NCBI GenBank assembly: GCA_011388275.1
Contig: DSAB01000070.1
Span: 29-64,028, forward strand
DNA: 64,000 nucleotides
Direction: 5' to 3'
Origin: a bacterium
Lineage (GTDB): Bacteria; Zhuqueibacterota; QNDG01; DSAB01
Under the pieces are notes generated by a model. It was not told the DNA's origin. It made no database searches and saw nothing but the letters and a program-made list of their open reading frames with translations. Position numbers and translations under genes: made by a program. Each line of letters starts with the position of its first letter. The stretch's first letter is position 1. Below, in pieces: positions 10,312-19,083 of the stretch.

Positions 10312-11475
10312 TTATTGCCTGCCTGTGGATTCGGTCAAACGTGTGACGTTGCTGCGCGTAAAAAATCCGTCGAAACCGCCATACCGATGAATGTACTCGT
10401 TCACCAAAAGAGTGTGAGGAGATGGCTGAGTGAAAGTTTGTTTCAGGCCTTCTTCGGGAGAACCCACCAGTTCAATGAGAAATTCCATCCCCCGGCTCTT
10501 AAGCGCGTCGAAAGTGGATTCTATTCGGCGGGTGTCAAAAGCCAGGTGATGCACGCGGGTTCCGTAATGATGAATAAATTTTTCCGTGGGTCCCGATTCT
10601 TCCTCGCTGATGTAGGGAGAGATACCGGAAGTAAAGACCATGGCGAAATCTTTGTCCGACAGCCTCGTGACATGCGTGATGGAGTTGAACAGTTTCACGT
10701 AAATGGCGAAATCGAAATGATAATTGGTCAGTTCCATGAATTCGACGATGGTCTGGTCGCGGTCTTCGGCACGAACCCTCAGTGCGGCATGATCCAGCCG
10801 TCCGATATTGTGCAGATGCGGCCAGTCCGGCTTGTCGAGAATCGTCCGGCTGTTCCCGCTGAAAGAATAAACACCCGGCGTTTCTTTCCATTGAATCATT
10901 CCGATGGAAGTGCCCGTGGTGACGAGTGGCACGGTCTGGATGAAACGGAAAGTGCCCATGTCCTGTATTCCGGTCATGAAGTCCACACCGCGGTCTTTCT
11001 GTATCCTGACATAGGATGCCAGATCATGACATCGAAAGACCAGGATTTCAAGACGTGTATTCGGCAGGTGTTTCGATTTGGGAAAGAGGTTGTACTTTCT
11101 AAAGGGATTGTCTGCCGCGAGCCGTGAGCGGAACCAGAAATCCGCCGATCCGTCGCACTGAAGCACCGATGTGTGGTTTCCGTCATGTTCGAAAATTCCT
11201 CGATGACGGTATCCGGTTGTGGCGAGCATTTCACGGACCGCATTTTCCTGCTGTTCCGGTTCCGTATTGACGATCACGGCATCCAATCCGCCTGTCAGGC
11301 CTGCGGTTCCCCTTTGCTTCTTCTCCAGAATGACCCGGGAAACCTCTGCTTTAAGGAAGGTATCGCTGTTTGAGTAATCATAGGTGCGGGGAGTGTTCTC
11401 GCCGCATACAGGACACGTTGTTGAGTTTTCAGTATTCATGACTTTCTGACATTTCGGGCAAATCAGTTGGATCAT
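10312..11475 (-). CDS. HPPD-like (VOC superfamily) metalloenzyme with N-terminal Zn-ribbon
   Basis: LDHAALRV, VHHLAF and NEYIHR..FDGFF..N..LTES resemble the HPPD His/His/Glu triad and C-terminal helix. N-terminal CPKC..CPVC. AGGAG upstream of ATG 11475. Confidence 0.7.
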   Translation of the reverse strand: MIQLICPKCQKVMNTENSTTCPVCGENTPRTYDYSNSDTFLKAEVSRVILEKKQRGTAGLTGGLDAVIVNTEPEQQENAVREMLATTGYRHRGIFEHDGNHTSVLQCDGSADFWFRSRLAADNPFRKYNLFPKSKHLPNTRLEILVFRCHDLASYVRIQKDRGVDFMTGIQDMGTFRFIQTVPLVTTGTSIGMIQWKETPGVYSFSGNSRTILDKPDWPHLHNIGRLDHAALRVRAEDRDQTIVEFMELTNYHFDFAIYVKLFNSITHVTRLSDKDFAMVFTSGISPYISEEESGPTEKFIHHYGTRVHHLAFDTRRIESTFDALKSRGMEFLIELVGSPEEGLKQTFTQPSPHTLLVNEYIHRYGGFDGFFTRSNVTRLTESTGRQ

Positions 11476-11545
11476 AACGGGTTGCTCTCCTGCACACCGC
11501 ATTTTTTCGTGCAAACACATTCCGATTTCGGTTCCGGGACCCCTT

Positions 11546-12634
11546 CTAACGGTAGCCTGCCTGATGAAGCTCCTTGACTGTGTTGATCGGACGCGGCGGA
11601 TTCAGGTACTTGGCCAGAAAACGATAAATCTTGACCCGTATCTCCTTGGCCATGAAGGTATCCAGGCGGTCAAAGCTGTGTCCGCCCGGCGCATCCTGAA
11701 AAATCTGATATTCGAATTTTTTGTCGGCTGCTTTCAATGACTTGATCAGATGCTCCACTTCCAGCACATTCACGTCTTCGTCGTTGGTATTGGTGTGGAT
11801 GAGCAGCGGTGTCTGCAGTTTCTCCGCGTGCCAGGCGGGCGACCGGCGCCTGTATTCATTGACATCTTCGGCGGCTGTTTTCCCGATGTGATAGCGTGCC
11901 GAATAAAGATCCCGGTATCCCTGCGTCATATATCCCATTCGCGCGATGAGATCGCTGACCGGGACTCCGGCGAAGGCGACTTTAAAATCTTTCGGATACT
12001 GAAAGATGTTCATCAGTGTGATCAGGCCTCCGTGGCTCCAGCCGAGAATGCCCACCCGGTTTTCATCCACGAAATCATAGTTCTTGAGCATGTATTCGCG
12101 GCCCGCGTACACGTCATCCACTTCGAGACCTCCGTAATCGATGAGCCGGTACATGCCGGATCCGTAGCCTGTGCTGCCGCGATATTCCGAGGCGATGATG
12201 ACATAACCCTGAGCGATCAGTTCGCGGACAATATGGGTGTAATAGGTTGTGAAATTGGCATGCACGCCCCCATGGGGGAAAAGCAGAAGAGGAGCTTTCC
12301 TGTTTCGGTCCAGATTTTTGGGGATAAAAATATAGGAGTAGAATTTAACCGGATTTTTCGCTCCTTTGCCCGTGGGGTTGGGTACATAATGGGGAGGCGG
12401 TCCGACATGCCGGACTTTGTCCACAAATGCCACGTCGCCGATCTTATGATACCAGAGGACATCATCGATCCCTTTTTCCAGGACATCGAGAGTGTGTCGC
12501 AGGTATTCGAACCTCTGCTCCAGCGCCTCGATCTTTTTTTCGAGGTTTTCAACAGAGATTTGTGATCTCAACGGAGCCGTGACGGCCAGACACAGAATGA
12601 ACAGAATTTGAATGGAATTATGAACTCGGCCCAT
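11546..12634 (-). CDS. Secreted S9-family (prolyl oligopeptidase-like) peptidase
   Basis: Signal peptide, HGGVH, YRGSTGYG, nucleophile GWSHG, Asp (DEDV) and His (GGHSF). Confidence 0.88.
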   Translation of the reverse strand: MGRVHNSIQILFILCLAVTAPLRSQISVENLEKKIEALEQRFEYLRHTLDVLEKGIDDVLWYHKIGDVAFVDKVRHVGPPPHYVPNPTGKGAKNPVKFYSYIFIPKNLDRNRKAPLLLFPHGGVHANFTTYYTHIVRELIAQGYVIIASEYRGSTGYGSGMYRLIDYGGLEVDDVYAGREYMLKNYDFVDENRVGILGWSHGGLITLMNIFQYPKDFKVAFAGVPVSDLIARMGYMTQGYRDLYSARYHIGKTAAEDVNEYRRRSPAWHAEKLQTPLLIHTNTNDEDVNVLEVEHLIKSLKAADKKFEYQIFQDAPGGHSFDRLDTFMAKEIRVKIYRFLAKYLNPPRPINTVKELHQAGYR

Positions 12635-12791
12635 AAAAACCTCCTTTTCGCGATAAACAGGAAAATTGAATCAGTGATTAAGTAAATGATACAACTCTTT
12701 ATTCTTTAAATCAAGGCATTTCGAAAAAAGATTTCATTTCGGTCTGACCGTTTTTCTCGGGCCGGCTCAATGCTGCAGATCAAAAATTGAC

Positions 12792-12820
12792 TTGACATTT
12801 AACCGGGGTTTTAATAATTT
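12792..12820 (+). promoter_or_regulatory. Putative sigma70 promoter for the propeller/PorV-like operon
   Basis: TTGACA-17 nt-TAATTT in an AT-rich divergent intergenic region. Confidence 0.5.
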
Positions 12821-12946
12821 GACTTTGTCATCTCATCGATAAAAAGCATTTTTGATGAGAAGAGGACAGCCGAACGCAAAAGAGGCTGGCCGCATTCCGG
12901 ACCGGTCCGACCTGTTCGGGTTTTTTTTAGAAACATTCAGGATGTC

Positions 12947-14428
12947 ATGAGACGGCGGAAAAGCATGCGGAGATTTGTCACGGCAATGATCGTATACGGA
13001 TGGATGCTGGCTTCGAACGGGGGAGCGCAGCTCTGGAAAGGATCCCTTTTTCATCCCGGGAATCAAAGAGCCGAAGGCCCGACCAGCAATGCGATCAATG
13101 CCATACTGGCGGCGGACGGGGTCTGGATCGGAACCGGAAAGGAATTGCTTCACACAACCGACGGCGGAGCAACGTGGCGCCGGTTTACCTCTCAGAACGG
13201 ATTGGGAAGGGGCGCTGTATCGGCCATCGCCGGGCGAAACGGAACGGTGTGGGTGGCCACGGCTGTAGACAGCATGACCCCGTCGGGTGTTTTTCCCGCC
13301 GGGACCGGTCTGAGCCGCACAACAGACGGGGGACTGACCTGGCAATGGGTGCCGCAGCCTGTGGATGATCCGCAGGAAACCCGCTACAAGCCCACGACAA
13401 CGGTGATTCAGAATTTAACCTATGACATCGCCGTCACGGAAGAGGCGGTCTGGATCGCCAGCTGGGGAGGAGGACTTCGCCGGTCAGCCGACGGAGCCGA
13501 CTGGGAGGTGGTAACCGTGGACGGCCAGCTGTTTGACGCCCTGGGCTTTCTGACCCATGTCGTCTTTTCCGTGTATTTCGATGGAGAAGCTCTTTGGGTC
13601 GGTTCCGCCGGAGGAATTCACAGAACCACGGATGAAGGAGAAACCTGGGCCACTTTCAGCCATCAAAATCAGGAAGAACCGATTTCCGGCAACTTTGTAG
13701 TGGCCATTGCTCATCAGGAGCTCGATCAGGGAAAGCGGATATGGGCCTCCACCGTGGAGGCCGTTGATACATCGGAAACCCGGGCGCTGTCATACTCCGA
13801 CAACAACGGTCAAAGCTGGTCGGTCACTCTGCAGGGTGAATTCGTGCATAATATGGCTTTCCATTCAGGGGGCACCGTGTATGCCGTGTCGGGCAATGGA
13901 TTGTTCGCCTCGCAGGACGCTTTCGAATGGACGCGGTTTCCTCAAATATACGATACACAAACGGGTGAAGGACTGTATACCACGAATATGTACAGTGTGG
14001 GCGTTGAAACGCCTTACCGCATTTATCTGGGTTCAAATGACGGATTGGCCGTTTCACCCGACGGCGGTGTAACCTGGACCGTTCATCGGGCTTTTGCCGT
14101 CCCCGGAGAAGGGGGCAATCCGGATACTTATGCGTATCCCAATCCCTTTTCTCCCATGCAGCACAATCGGGTGGGAGGCGACGGATATGTCCGGTTTCAG
14201 TACCGTATTACACGCGCCTCATCCGTGTCGGTTCACATATACGATTTTTCGATGCGGCTGGTACGGACTGCCGTGAAAGACCGGCAGCGGACGGCTCCCG
14301 GTTCCTATTCCGAAGTCTGGGACGGCCGAAATGATGTCGGGGAACCCGTGGCGAACGGCGTCTATTTTTACCGGATTCGCCTGTCTGAAGGCAAAACCCT
14401 TTGGGGGAAAGTGATGGTGGTCAATTGA
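12947..14428 (+). CDS. Secreted beta-propeller (BNR/Asp-box) protein with C-terminal FlgD-Ig/T9SS-sorting-like domain
   Basis: Signal peptide; repeated T.DGG.TW / SDNNGQSW Asp boxes; C-terminal YAYPNPF..IYD..LVR..WDGRND.G.PVANGVYFYRI..K motif. Confidence 0.85.
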   Translation: MRRRKSMRRFVTAMIVYGWMLASNGGAQLWKGSLFHPGNQRAEGPTSNAINAILAADGVWIGTGKELLHTTDGGATWRRFTSQNGLGRGAVSAIAGRNGTVWVATAVDSMTPSGVFPAGTGLSRTTDGGLTWQWVPQPVDDPQETRYKPTTTVIQNLTYDIAVTEEAVWIASWGGGLRRSADGADWEVVTVDGQLFDALGFLTHVVFSVYFDGEALWVGSAGGIHRTTDEGETWATFSHQNQEEPISGNFVVAIAHQELDQGKRIWASTVEAVDTSETRALSYSDNNGQSWSVTLQGEFVHNMAFHSGGTVYAVSGNGLFASQDAFEWTRFPQIYDTQTGEGLYTTNMYSVGVETPYRIYLGSNDGLAVSPDGGVTWTVHRAFAVPGEGGNPDTYAYPNPFSPMQHNRVGGDGYVRFQYRITRASSVSVHIYDFSMRLVRTAVKDRQRTAPGSYSEVWDGRNDVGEPVANGVYFYRIRLSEGKTLWGKVMVVN

Positions 14429-15405
14429 TGCGTTTCAAACCGATGCGGATAGTCAGGTTCTGCGTGTTCCTGCTTTGTTTCTCGGGGTTTGCGGAGCCTT
14501 CACGGGCCGAAACCGGACGGGCCGGTGACGCAGGCGGTTACCTTCGAATGGGGCTCGGAGCCCGTTCACTGGCCATGGGGGGCGGCTCTGTCAGCCGCTG
14601 GGACGACGCCGCGGCAGCCTATTATAACCCGGCCGGACTGGTTTTTCTGAAATCCCGTTCCTTTTCCGGCACTGTCAGCGCCATGGCTCTCGATCGGCGG
14701 CTCTTTCATGTCGGATACGCTCAGAGCCTGGGAAGCGATACAACCCTGCCGGTTCAGGGAGGATTCGGTGCAGGCTGGCTCTGCGCCGGAGTGGATCATA
14801 TCGATGCCCGGGATTTCAGCGGAAATGACATCGGCACTCTTTCGGCCTGGGAACATGCTTTCTTTTTCTCTTTTGCACTCAAACCGGCTTCTTTTATCAG
14901 CGCGGGGATCAATGCCAAGGTGCTGTACTACCGTCTTCCGGAAATCACGAGTGACGGCGGGGCTGTTACGGCCACGGGGCTGGGATTCGATGCGGGCATT
15001 GCCTTGTATCCCTCATCCTTTTTACAGGCGGGCCTGGTTGTCCGCGATCTTCGATCCGCCTATCATTGGGACACGCAAAACCTGTGGGAGAGAGGCGCTC
15101 AAACCAATGATGAATTCCCGCTTCTGATTCAATTCGGCGTTTCCGCGGAGCCTCTTGATAACTGGCTGATAACACTGGATATACAGAAGATTGAAGGACT
15201 GCCGCTGACGGTTTCAGCCGGTGCGGAATGGCAGATCATGGATTCGGCCTTTCTCAGGGGCGGTTGGTTTCGTGACCGTATCACGCTGGGAGGCGGGCTT
15301 CGGCTTTTCCTGGGAAAGTATGCCGCGCGGATCGATTACGCATTTGTTTCCGATCCGGTCGCTCCGTCACCCGACCATGTTTTTACCTGGAATGTTTTCT
15401 TTTAA
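14428..15405 (+). CDS. PorV/PorQ-like (UPF0164) outer-membrane beta-barrel protein
   Basis: TGATG coupling to the upstream gene; signal peptide; GARSLAMG..D.AAAYYNPAGL motif; terminal Phe. Confidence 0.82.
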   Translation: MRFKPMRIVRFCVFLLCFSGFAEPSRAETGRAGDAGGYLRMGLGARSLAMGGGSVSRWDDAAAAYYNPAGLVFLKSRSFSGTVSAMALDRRLFHVGYAQSLGSDTTLPVQGGFGAGWLCAGVDHIDARDFSGNDIGTLSAWEHAFFFSFALKPASFISAGINAKVLYYRLPEITSDGGAVTATGLGFDAGIALYPSSFLQAGLVVRDLRSAYHWDTQNLWERGAQTNDEFPLLIQFGVSAEPLDNWLITLDIQKIEGLPLTVSAGAEWQIMDSAFLRGGWFRDRITLGGGLRLFLGKYAARIDYAFVSDPVAPSPDHVFTWNVFF

Positions 15406-15424
15406 CAGGCAAAAGGCGGAATCG

Positions 15425-16312
15425 ATGAAGCGGGTCTCACCGGTTATAGTCGCAGCAGCCATGATTCTCGCGGGATCACTCCGGGGAGCCGGATTCGCGA
15501 CTCTGAAGTGGGCCGGTGGAGCCCGGGCCGCCGGAATGGGGATGGCGTTCACGGCCCGGGCCGATGACGGAACCGCATCGTTCTGGAATCCCGCAGGCCT
15601 GGACAGGCTCGACGGAGTGCGCGCAGTGATCTCCCTGCATCGCTGGTTTTCCGATGTGCAGAGTGAATTTTTCAGTATCGGCTGGAGCCGCAAGCGGCAC
15701 GGATTCGGCGCACATGTTCTGTATACCCGTGTCGGCGATATCGAGCTTCGGGAAACCGCGACACTCGAACCGCTGGCTGTTTTCAGCGCGTATGAGCTGG
15801 CAATCGGTTTTTCTTACAGTCTGCGCGTCTCTTCTGCGCTTTCCTTCGGTCTGACCGTTAAAACCCTGTATGAAAAGATCGATGTGGATGATGTCTGGGG
15901 GCTTGCCGCAGATGCGGGTCTGCTGTGGGTATGGGGAACCGACGGTCTTCGGCTGGGCTGGGTTCTGCAAAACATGGGGCGTACCGGCCGGTTCAACCGG
16001 GAACGAATCGAACTGCCGCTGATTTCCCGGCTGGGCGCCGCCATTCCGTTTCGTGCAATCGGCGCGCAATGGCTGGCTGCCGTGGAAGGGGTGGCGGAAA
16101 AAGACGCTCCCTTTCATGTACACGCCGGTTTTGAAGTATTTTGGGATTCCGGTTTAATACTTCGCTGCGGATACCAAACCGGGTATCAAACCCGGAATGT
16201 GTCGGGCGGAATCGGCTTTCGCTGGAGCAGGTACCGGCTGGATTACAATTATACACCCACACGCTGGGGACTGGGTGATTCTCATCAAATGGGTATGGAA
16301 TTTGTCTTGTAG
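15425..16312 (+). CDS. PorV/PorQ-like outer-membrane beta-barrel protein (second paralog)
   Basis: Signal peptide MKRVSPVIV..; GARAAGMG.AFTARADD.TASFWNPAGL; C-terminal LDYNY..LGDSHQMGMEF. Confidence 0.85.
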   Translation: MKRVSPVIVAAAMILAGSLRGAGFATLKWAGGARAAGMGMAFTARADDGTASFWNPAGLDRLDGVRAVISLHRWFSDVQSEFFSIGWSRKRHGFGAHVLYTRVGDIELRETATLEPLAVFSAYELAIGFSYSLRVSSALSFGLTVKTLYEKIDVDDVWGLAADAGLLWVWGTDGLRLGWVLQNMGRTGRFNRERIELPLISRLGAAIPFRAIGAQWLAAVEGVAEKDAPFHVHAGFEVFWDSGLILRCGYQTGYQTRNVSGGIGFRWSRYRLDYNYTPTRWGLGDSHQMGMEFVL

Positions 16313-16336
16313 TCAGATTAACAGGGGAGACAATCA

Positions 16337-17458
16337 ATGGCTAAACACAGAATCGCTGTTTTACCCGGAGACGGTGTCGGCAACGAGGTAATGGAAGCGG
16401 CACGGATGGTACTCGATAAACTTCAGCTGGATGCGGAGTATGTCTATGGAGATATCGGCTGGGAGTTTTGGTGCAAAGAGGGTGATCCGCTCCCGCAGCG
16501 GACACTCGACATGCTCAGGAATACGGACTGCTGCCTTTTTGGAGCCATTACGTCCAAACCCAAGGAAGAGGCGGACAAGGAACTCGATTCCTCGCTGAAA
16601 GGCCTTGGACGGGTCTATTTCAGCCCCATTGTCCGGCTTCGGCAGGAGTTTGATTTAAGAACCAATCTTCGCCCCTGCAGGGCCTATAAGGGCAATCCGC
16701 TGAATTACAAGGATGATATCGATCTGGTGGTTTTTAGGGAAAATACGGAAGGATTGTATGCCGGCATCGAATTTCATCCCGTACCCGGAGAACTGATGGA
16801 TACCCTGAAAAGGCTTCATCCCAAAACAAAAAAGTTCGACGGAACGGATGTCGGGGATATAGCCCTTTCGTGCCGGTTTTTTACTCGTCAGGCCTGTCGG
16901 AATATTGTCCGTGATGCGTTCGAATATGCGAAAAAATTCGAGTATCCCACTGTTACTGTGGTGGAAAAACCCAATGTGATTCGTGAAACATCGGGGCTGA
17001 TGGTTCGGGAAGCACGCAAGATCGCTCAGGAGTATCCAGGCATCGATCTGTGGGAAACCAATATCGATGCCATGTGCATGTGGCTGATCAAGAATCCGCA
17101 CGATTATGGAGTTCTTGTGTCCAGCAATATGTTTGGAGATATTTTGTCCGATCTGTGCGCCCAATTGGTGGGCGGTCTGGGGTTCGCCTGTTCGGGCAAT
17201 ATCGGCGATGATTACGCCGTTTTCGAACCCACGCATGGATCGGCTCCGAAATACACGGGGCAGTACAAGGTCAACCCGATTGCCATGCTGCTTTCGGTCA
17301 AGCTGATGCTCGACTGGCTGGAAGAGGCGGAATCCGCCGAAAGACTCGAAAAAGCCATTGCCGCGGTTATCGGAGCGGGCAGAGTACGCACCTACGATAT
17401 GGGCGGCGCGCACACAACCCTGCAAATGGCCGGGGCGGTGGGAGACCTTTTAGAATAG
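16337..17458 (+). CDS. Isocitrate/isopropylmalate dehydrogenase family protein (possibly homoisocitrate dehydrogenase)
   Basis: LPGDGVG.EV, FRENTEGLY, NMFGDILSD, FEPTHGSAP, NPIA. The LFGA.TS..Y.SPIV.LR loop resembles Lys12/HICDH. Confidence 0.88.
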   Translation: MAKHRIAVLPGDGVGNEVMEAARMVLDKLQLDAEYVYGDIGWEFWCKEGDPLPQRTLDMLRNTDCCLFGAITSKPKEEADKELDSSLKGLGRVYFSPIVRLRQEFDLRTNLRPCRAYKGNPLNYKDDIDLVVFRENTEGLYAGIEFHPVPGELMDTLKRLHPKTKKFDGTDVGDIALSCRFFTRQACRNIVRDAFEYAKKFEYPTVTVVEKPNVIRETSGLMVREARKIAQEYPGIDLWETNIDAMCMWLIKNPHDYGVLVSSNMFGDILSDLCAQLVGGLGFACSGNIGDDYAVFEPTHGSAPKYTGQYKVNPIAMLLSVKLMLDWLEEAESAERLEKAIAAVIGAGRVRTYDMGGAHTTLQMAGAVGDLLE

Positions 17459-17484
17459 CCATCATTCACGGCCGGAAAAAAGAG

Positions 17485-17513
17485 TTGACTTTTTATTGAT
17501 TTTTATTTATACT
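17485..17513 (+). promoter_or_regulatory. Putative sigma70 promoter for exbB-exbD-exbD-tonB
   Basis: TTGACT-17 nt-TATACT. Confidence 0.65.
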
Positions 17514-17595
17514 ATGAAGTCAATTTGGTATTTTGCGATTTGAAGAAGGTTTCTAAAACGTGCCAATACTATTTTAGAATGGAGGGAAAAGCGAG

Positions 17596-18204
17596 ATGGT
17601 AGAATATTTTGTTCAAGGCGGCGGTTTCATGTGGCCGATTCTGATTTGTCTGGTATTGGGAATTGGAATCAGTATTGAACGGTTCATCTCTTTGAACCGT
17701 GCCAGCGTGAATACTCGAAGATTTTTGGCTGATGTCACTTCCGCGCTCGACAAGGGCGGCCCCTCCGCTGCCATCGATGTTTGCCAGAAAAGCCGCGGCC
17801 CTGTTGCTACGATCTTTCATGCCGGTCTCCTGCGTGCCGGCAAGGGAACGGAAAGTGTGGAAAAATCCATTACCAATGCGGGAACCATTGAAATGGCCTT
17901 TTTGGAGAGAGGATTGATCTGGCTGTCCACGTTCATCACCATTGCTCCCATGCTCGGATTTACCGGTACGGTTCAGGGTATGATCGTGGCCTTTGATGAT
18001 ATCAAGCGGGCCAATGACATTTCTCCTTCCATCGTGGCTGAAGGAATCTCCGTGGCTTTGCTGACCACTCTTTTCGGTCTGATCGTGGCCATCATACTGC
18101 AGCTCTTCCACAATTATTTTATTTCGAAAATCGACCGGCTGGTCATCGACATGGAAGAATCATCCGCCGAGCTGGTTGATCATCTCGTGGAAAAGCAGAA
18201 ATAA
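17596..18204 (+). CDS. exbB: MotA/TolQ/ExbB proton channel protein
   Basis: GG.FMWPI, IAPMLGFTGTVQGMI..F, GISVALLTT.FGL. Confidence 0.9.
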   Translation: MVEYFVQGGGFMWPILICLVLGIGISIERFISLNRASVNTRRFLADVTSALDKGGPSAAIDVCQKSRGPVATIFHAGLLRAGKGTESVEKSITNAGTIEMAFLERGLIWLSTFITIAPMLGFTGTVQGMIVAFDDIKRANDISPSIVAEGISVALLTTLFGLIVAIILQLFHNYFISKIDRLVIDMEESSAELVDHLVEKQK

Positions 18205-18228
18205 GTCCTGGGAAGGAGGCATTGCGAA

Positions 18229-18630
18229 ATGCTGCTCGACAAACGCAAGGAACGCACTGTTTCAATACCCACGTCGTCCATGGCTGATATCGCTTTTCTG
18301 CTGCTCACCTTTTTTCTGGTGACCACCAGTCTGGATCTGGATAAGGGGTTGGGATTGACACTGCCGCCTCAGGGGCAGGCCAAACCCATTCCGAAACAGA
18401 ATATTGCCAGCATTCTGATCAATGCGGCGGGTGAAGTCATGCTGGATGATGAGCCCATCGAGATTCCCCGGATCAGAGAGGTGATCAGAATGCGGCTCGT
18501 TCAGAACGACAAATTGATTGTATCCATTAAAACGACTCGAAATACCAAGTATCAGGCTTTTATCAGTGTGCTCGATCAGGTTCAAATGGCGGAAGCACCG
18601 CGTATTTCCATCGCCGAACCCGAATTGTAA
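18229..18630 (+). CDS. exbD: ExbD/TolR biopolymer transport protein
   Basis: IPTSSMADIAFLLLTFFLVT TM carrying the essential Asp. Confidence 0.88.
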   Translation: MLLDKRKERTVSIPTSSMADIAFLLLTFFLVTTSLDLDKGLGLTLPPQGQAKPIPKQNIASILINAAGEVMLDDEPIEIPRIREVIRMRLVQNDKLIVSIKTTRNTKYQAFISVLDQVQMAEAPRISIAEPEL

Positions 18631-18657
18631 TTATTAATGACTGGGAGATGATGAAGC

Positions 18658-19065
18658 ATGGAATTCAGGAAAAAATCAAAGGTTAGCAACGAAATCCCGA
18701 CCGCTTCGCTTCCTGATATTGTGTTCATGTTGCTTCTCTTCTTCATGGTCACTACGGTTTTTCGTCAGTATACGGGTCTGCCGGTTGATCTGCCCGTTGC
18801 AAAAAAAATAGAAAAACTGGAAGCCAAGAAGAATGTAACCAATATCTATGCCAATGCCGAAGGCGATATTTCAATCGATGACAAACTGGTGTATGTAAAT
18901 GAAATCGCCAAGATCATGTATCAGAAACGCGTGGAAACCCCAAGGCTTATCGTGTCGTTGAAATGCGACCGGGCGATGAATATGCATATCCTGACGGATA
19001 TTCACATGAAATTGCGGGAAGCAGATGCTCTGAGAGTCAATTATTGTGCCAAATTTGGTGATTGA
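18658..19065 (+). CDS. exbD: ExbD/TolR biopolymer transport protein (second copy)
   Basis: IPTASLPDIVFMLLLFFMVTT motif. Confidence 0.88.
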   Translation: MEFRKKSKVSNEIPTASLPDIVFMLLLFFMVTTVFRQYTGLPVDLPVAKKIEKLEAKKNVTNIYANAEGDISIDDKLVYVNEIAKIMYQKRVETPRLIVSLKCDRAMNMHILTDIHMKLREADALRVNYCAKFGD

Positions 19066-19083
19066 GAGAGGGGGAGAATAATC

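Noticed and set aside
10258-11127. 289-aa plus-strand ORF
   Set aside because: Lies opposite the HPPD-like gene, which has the motifs, the RBS and the operon context.
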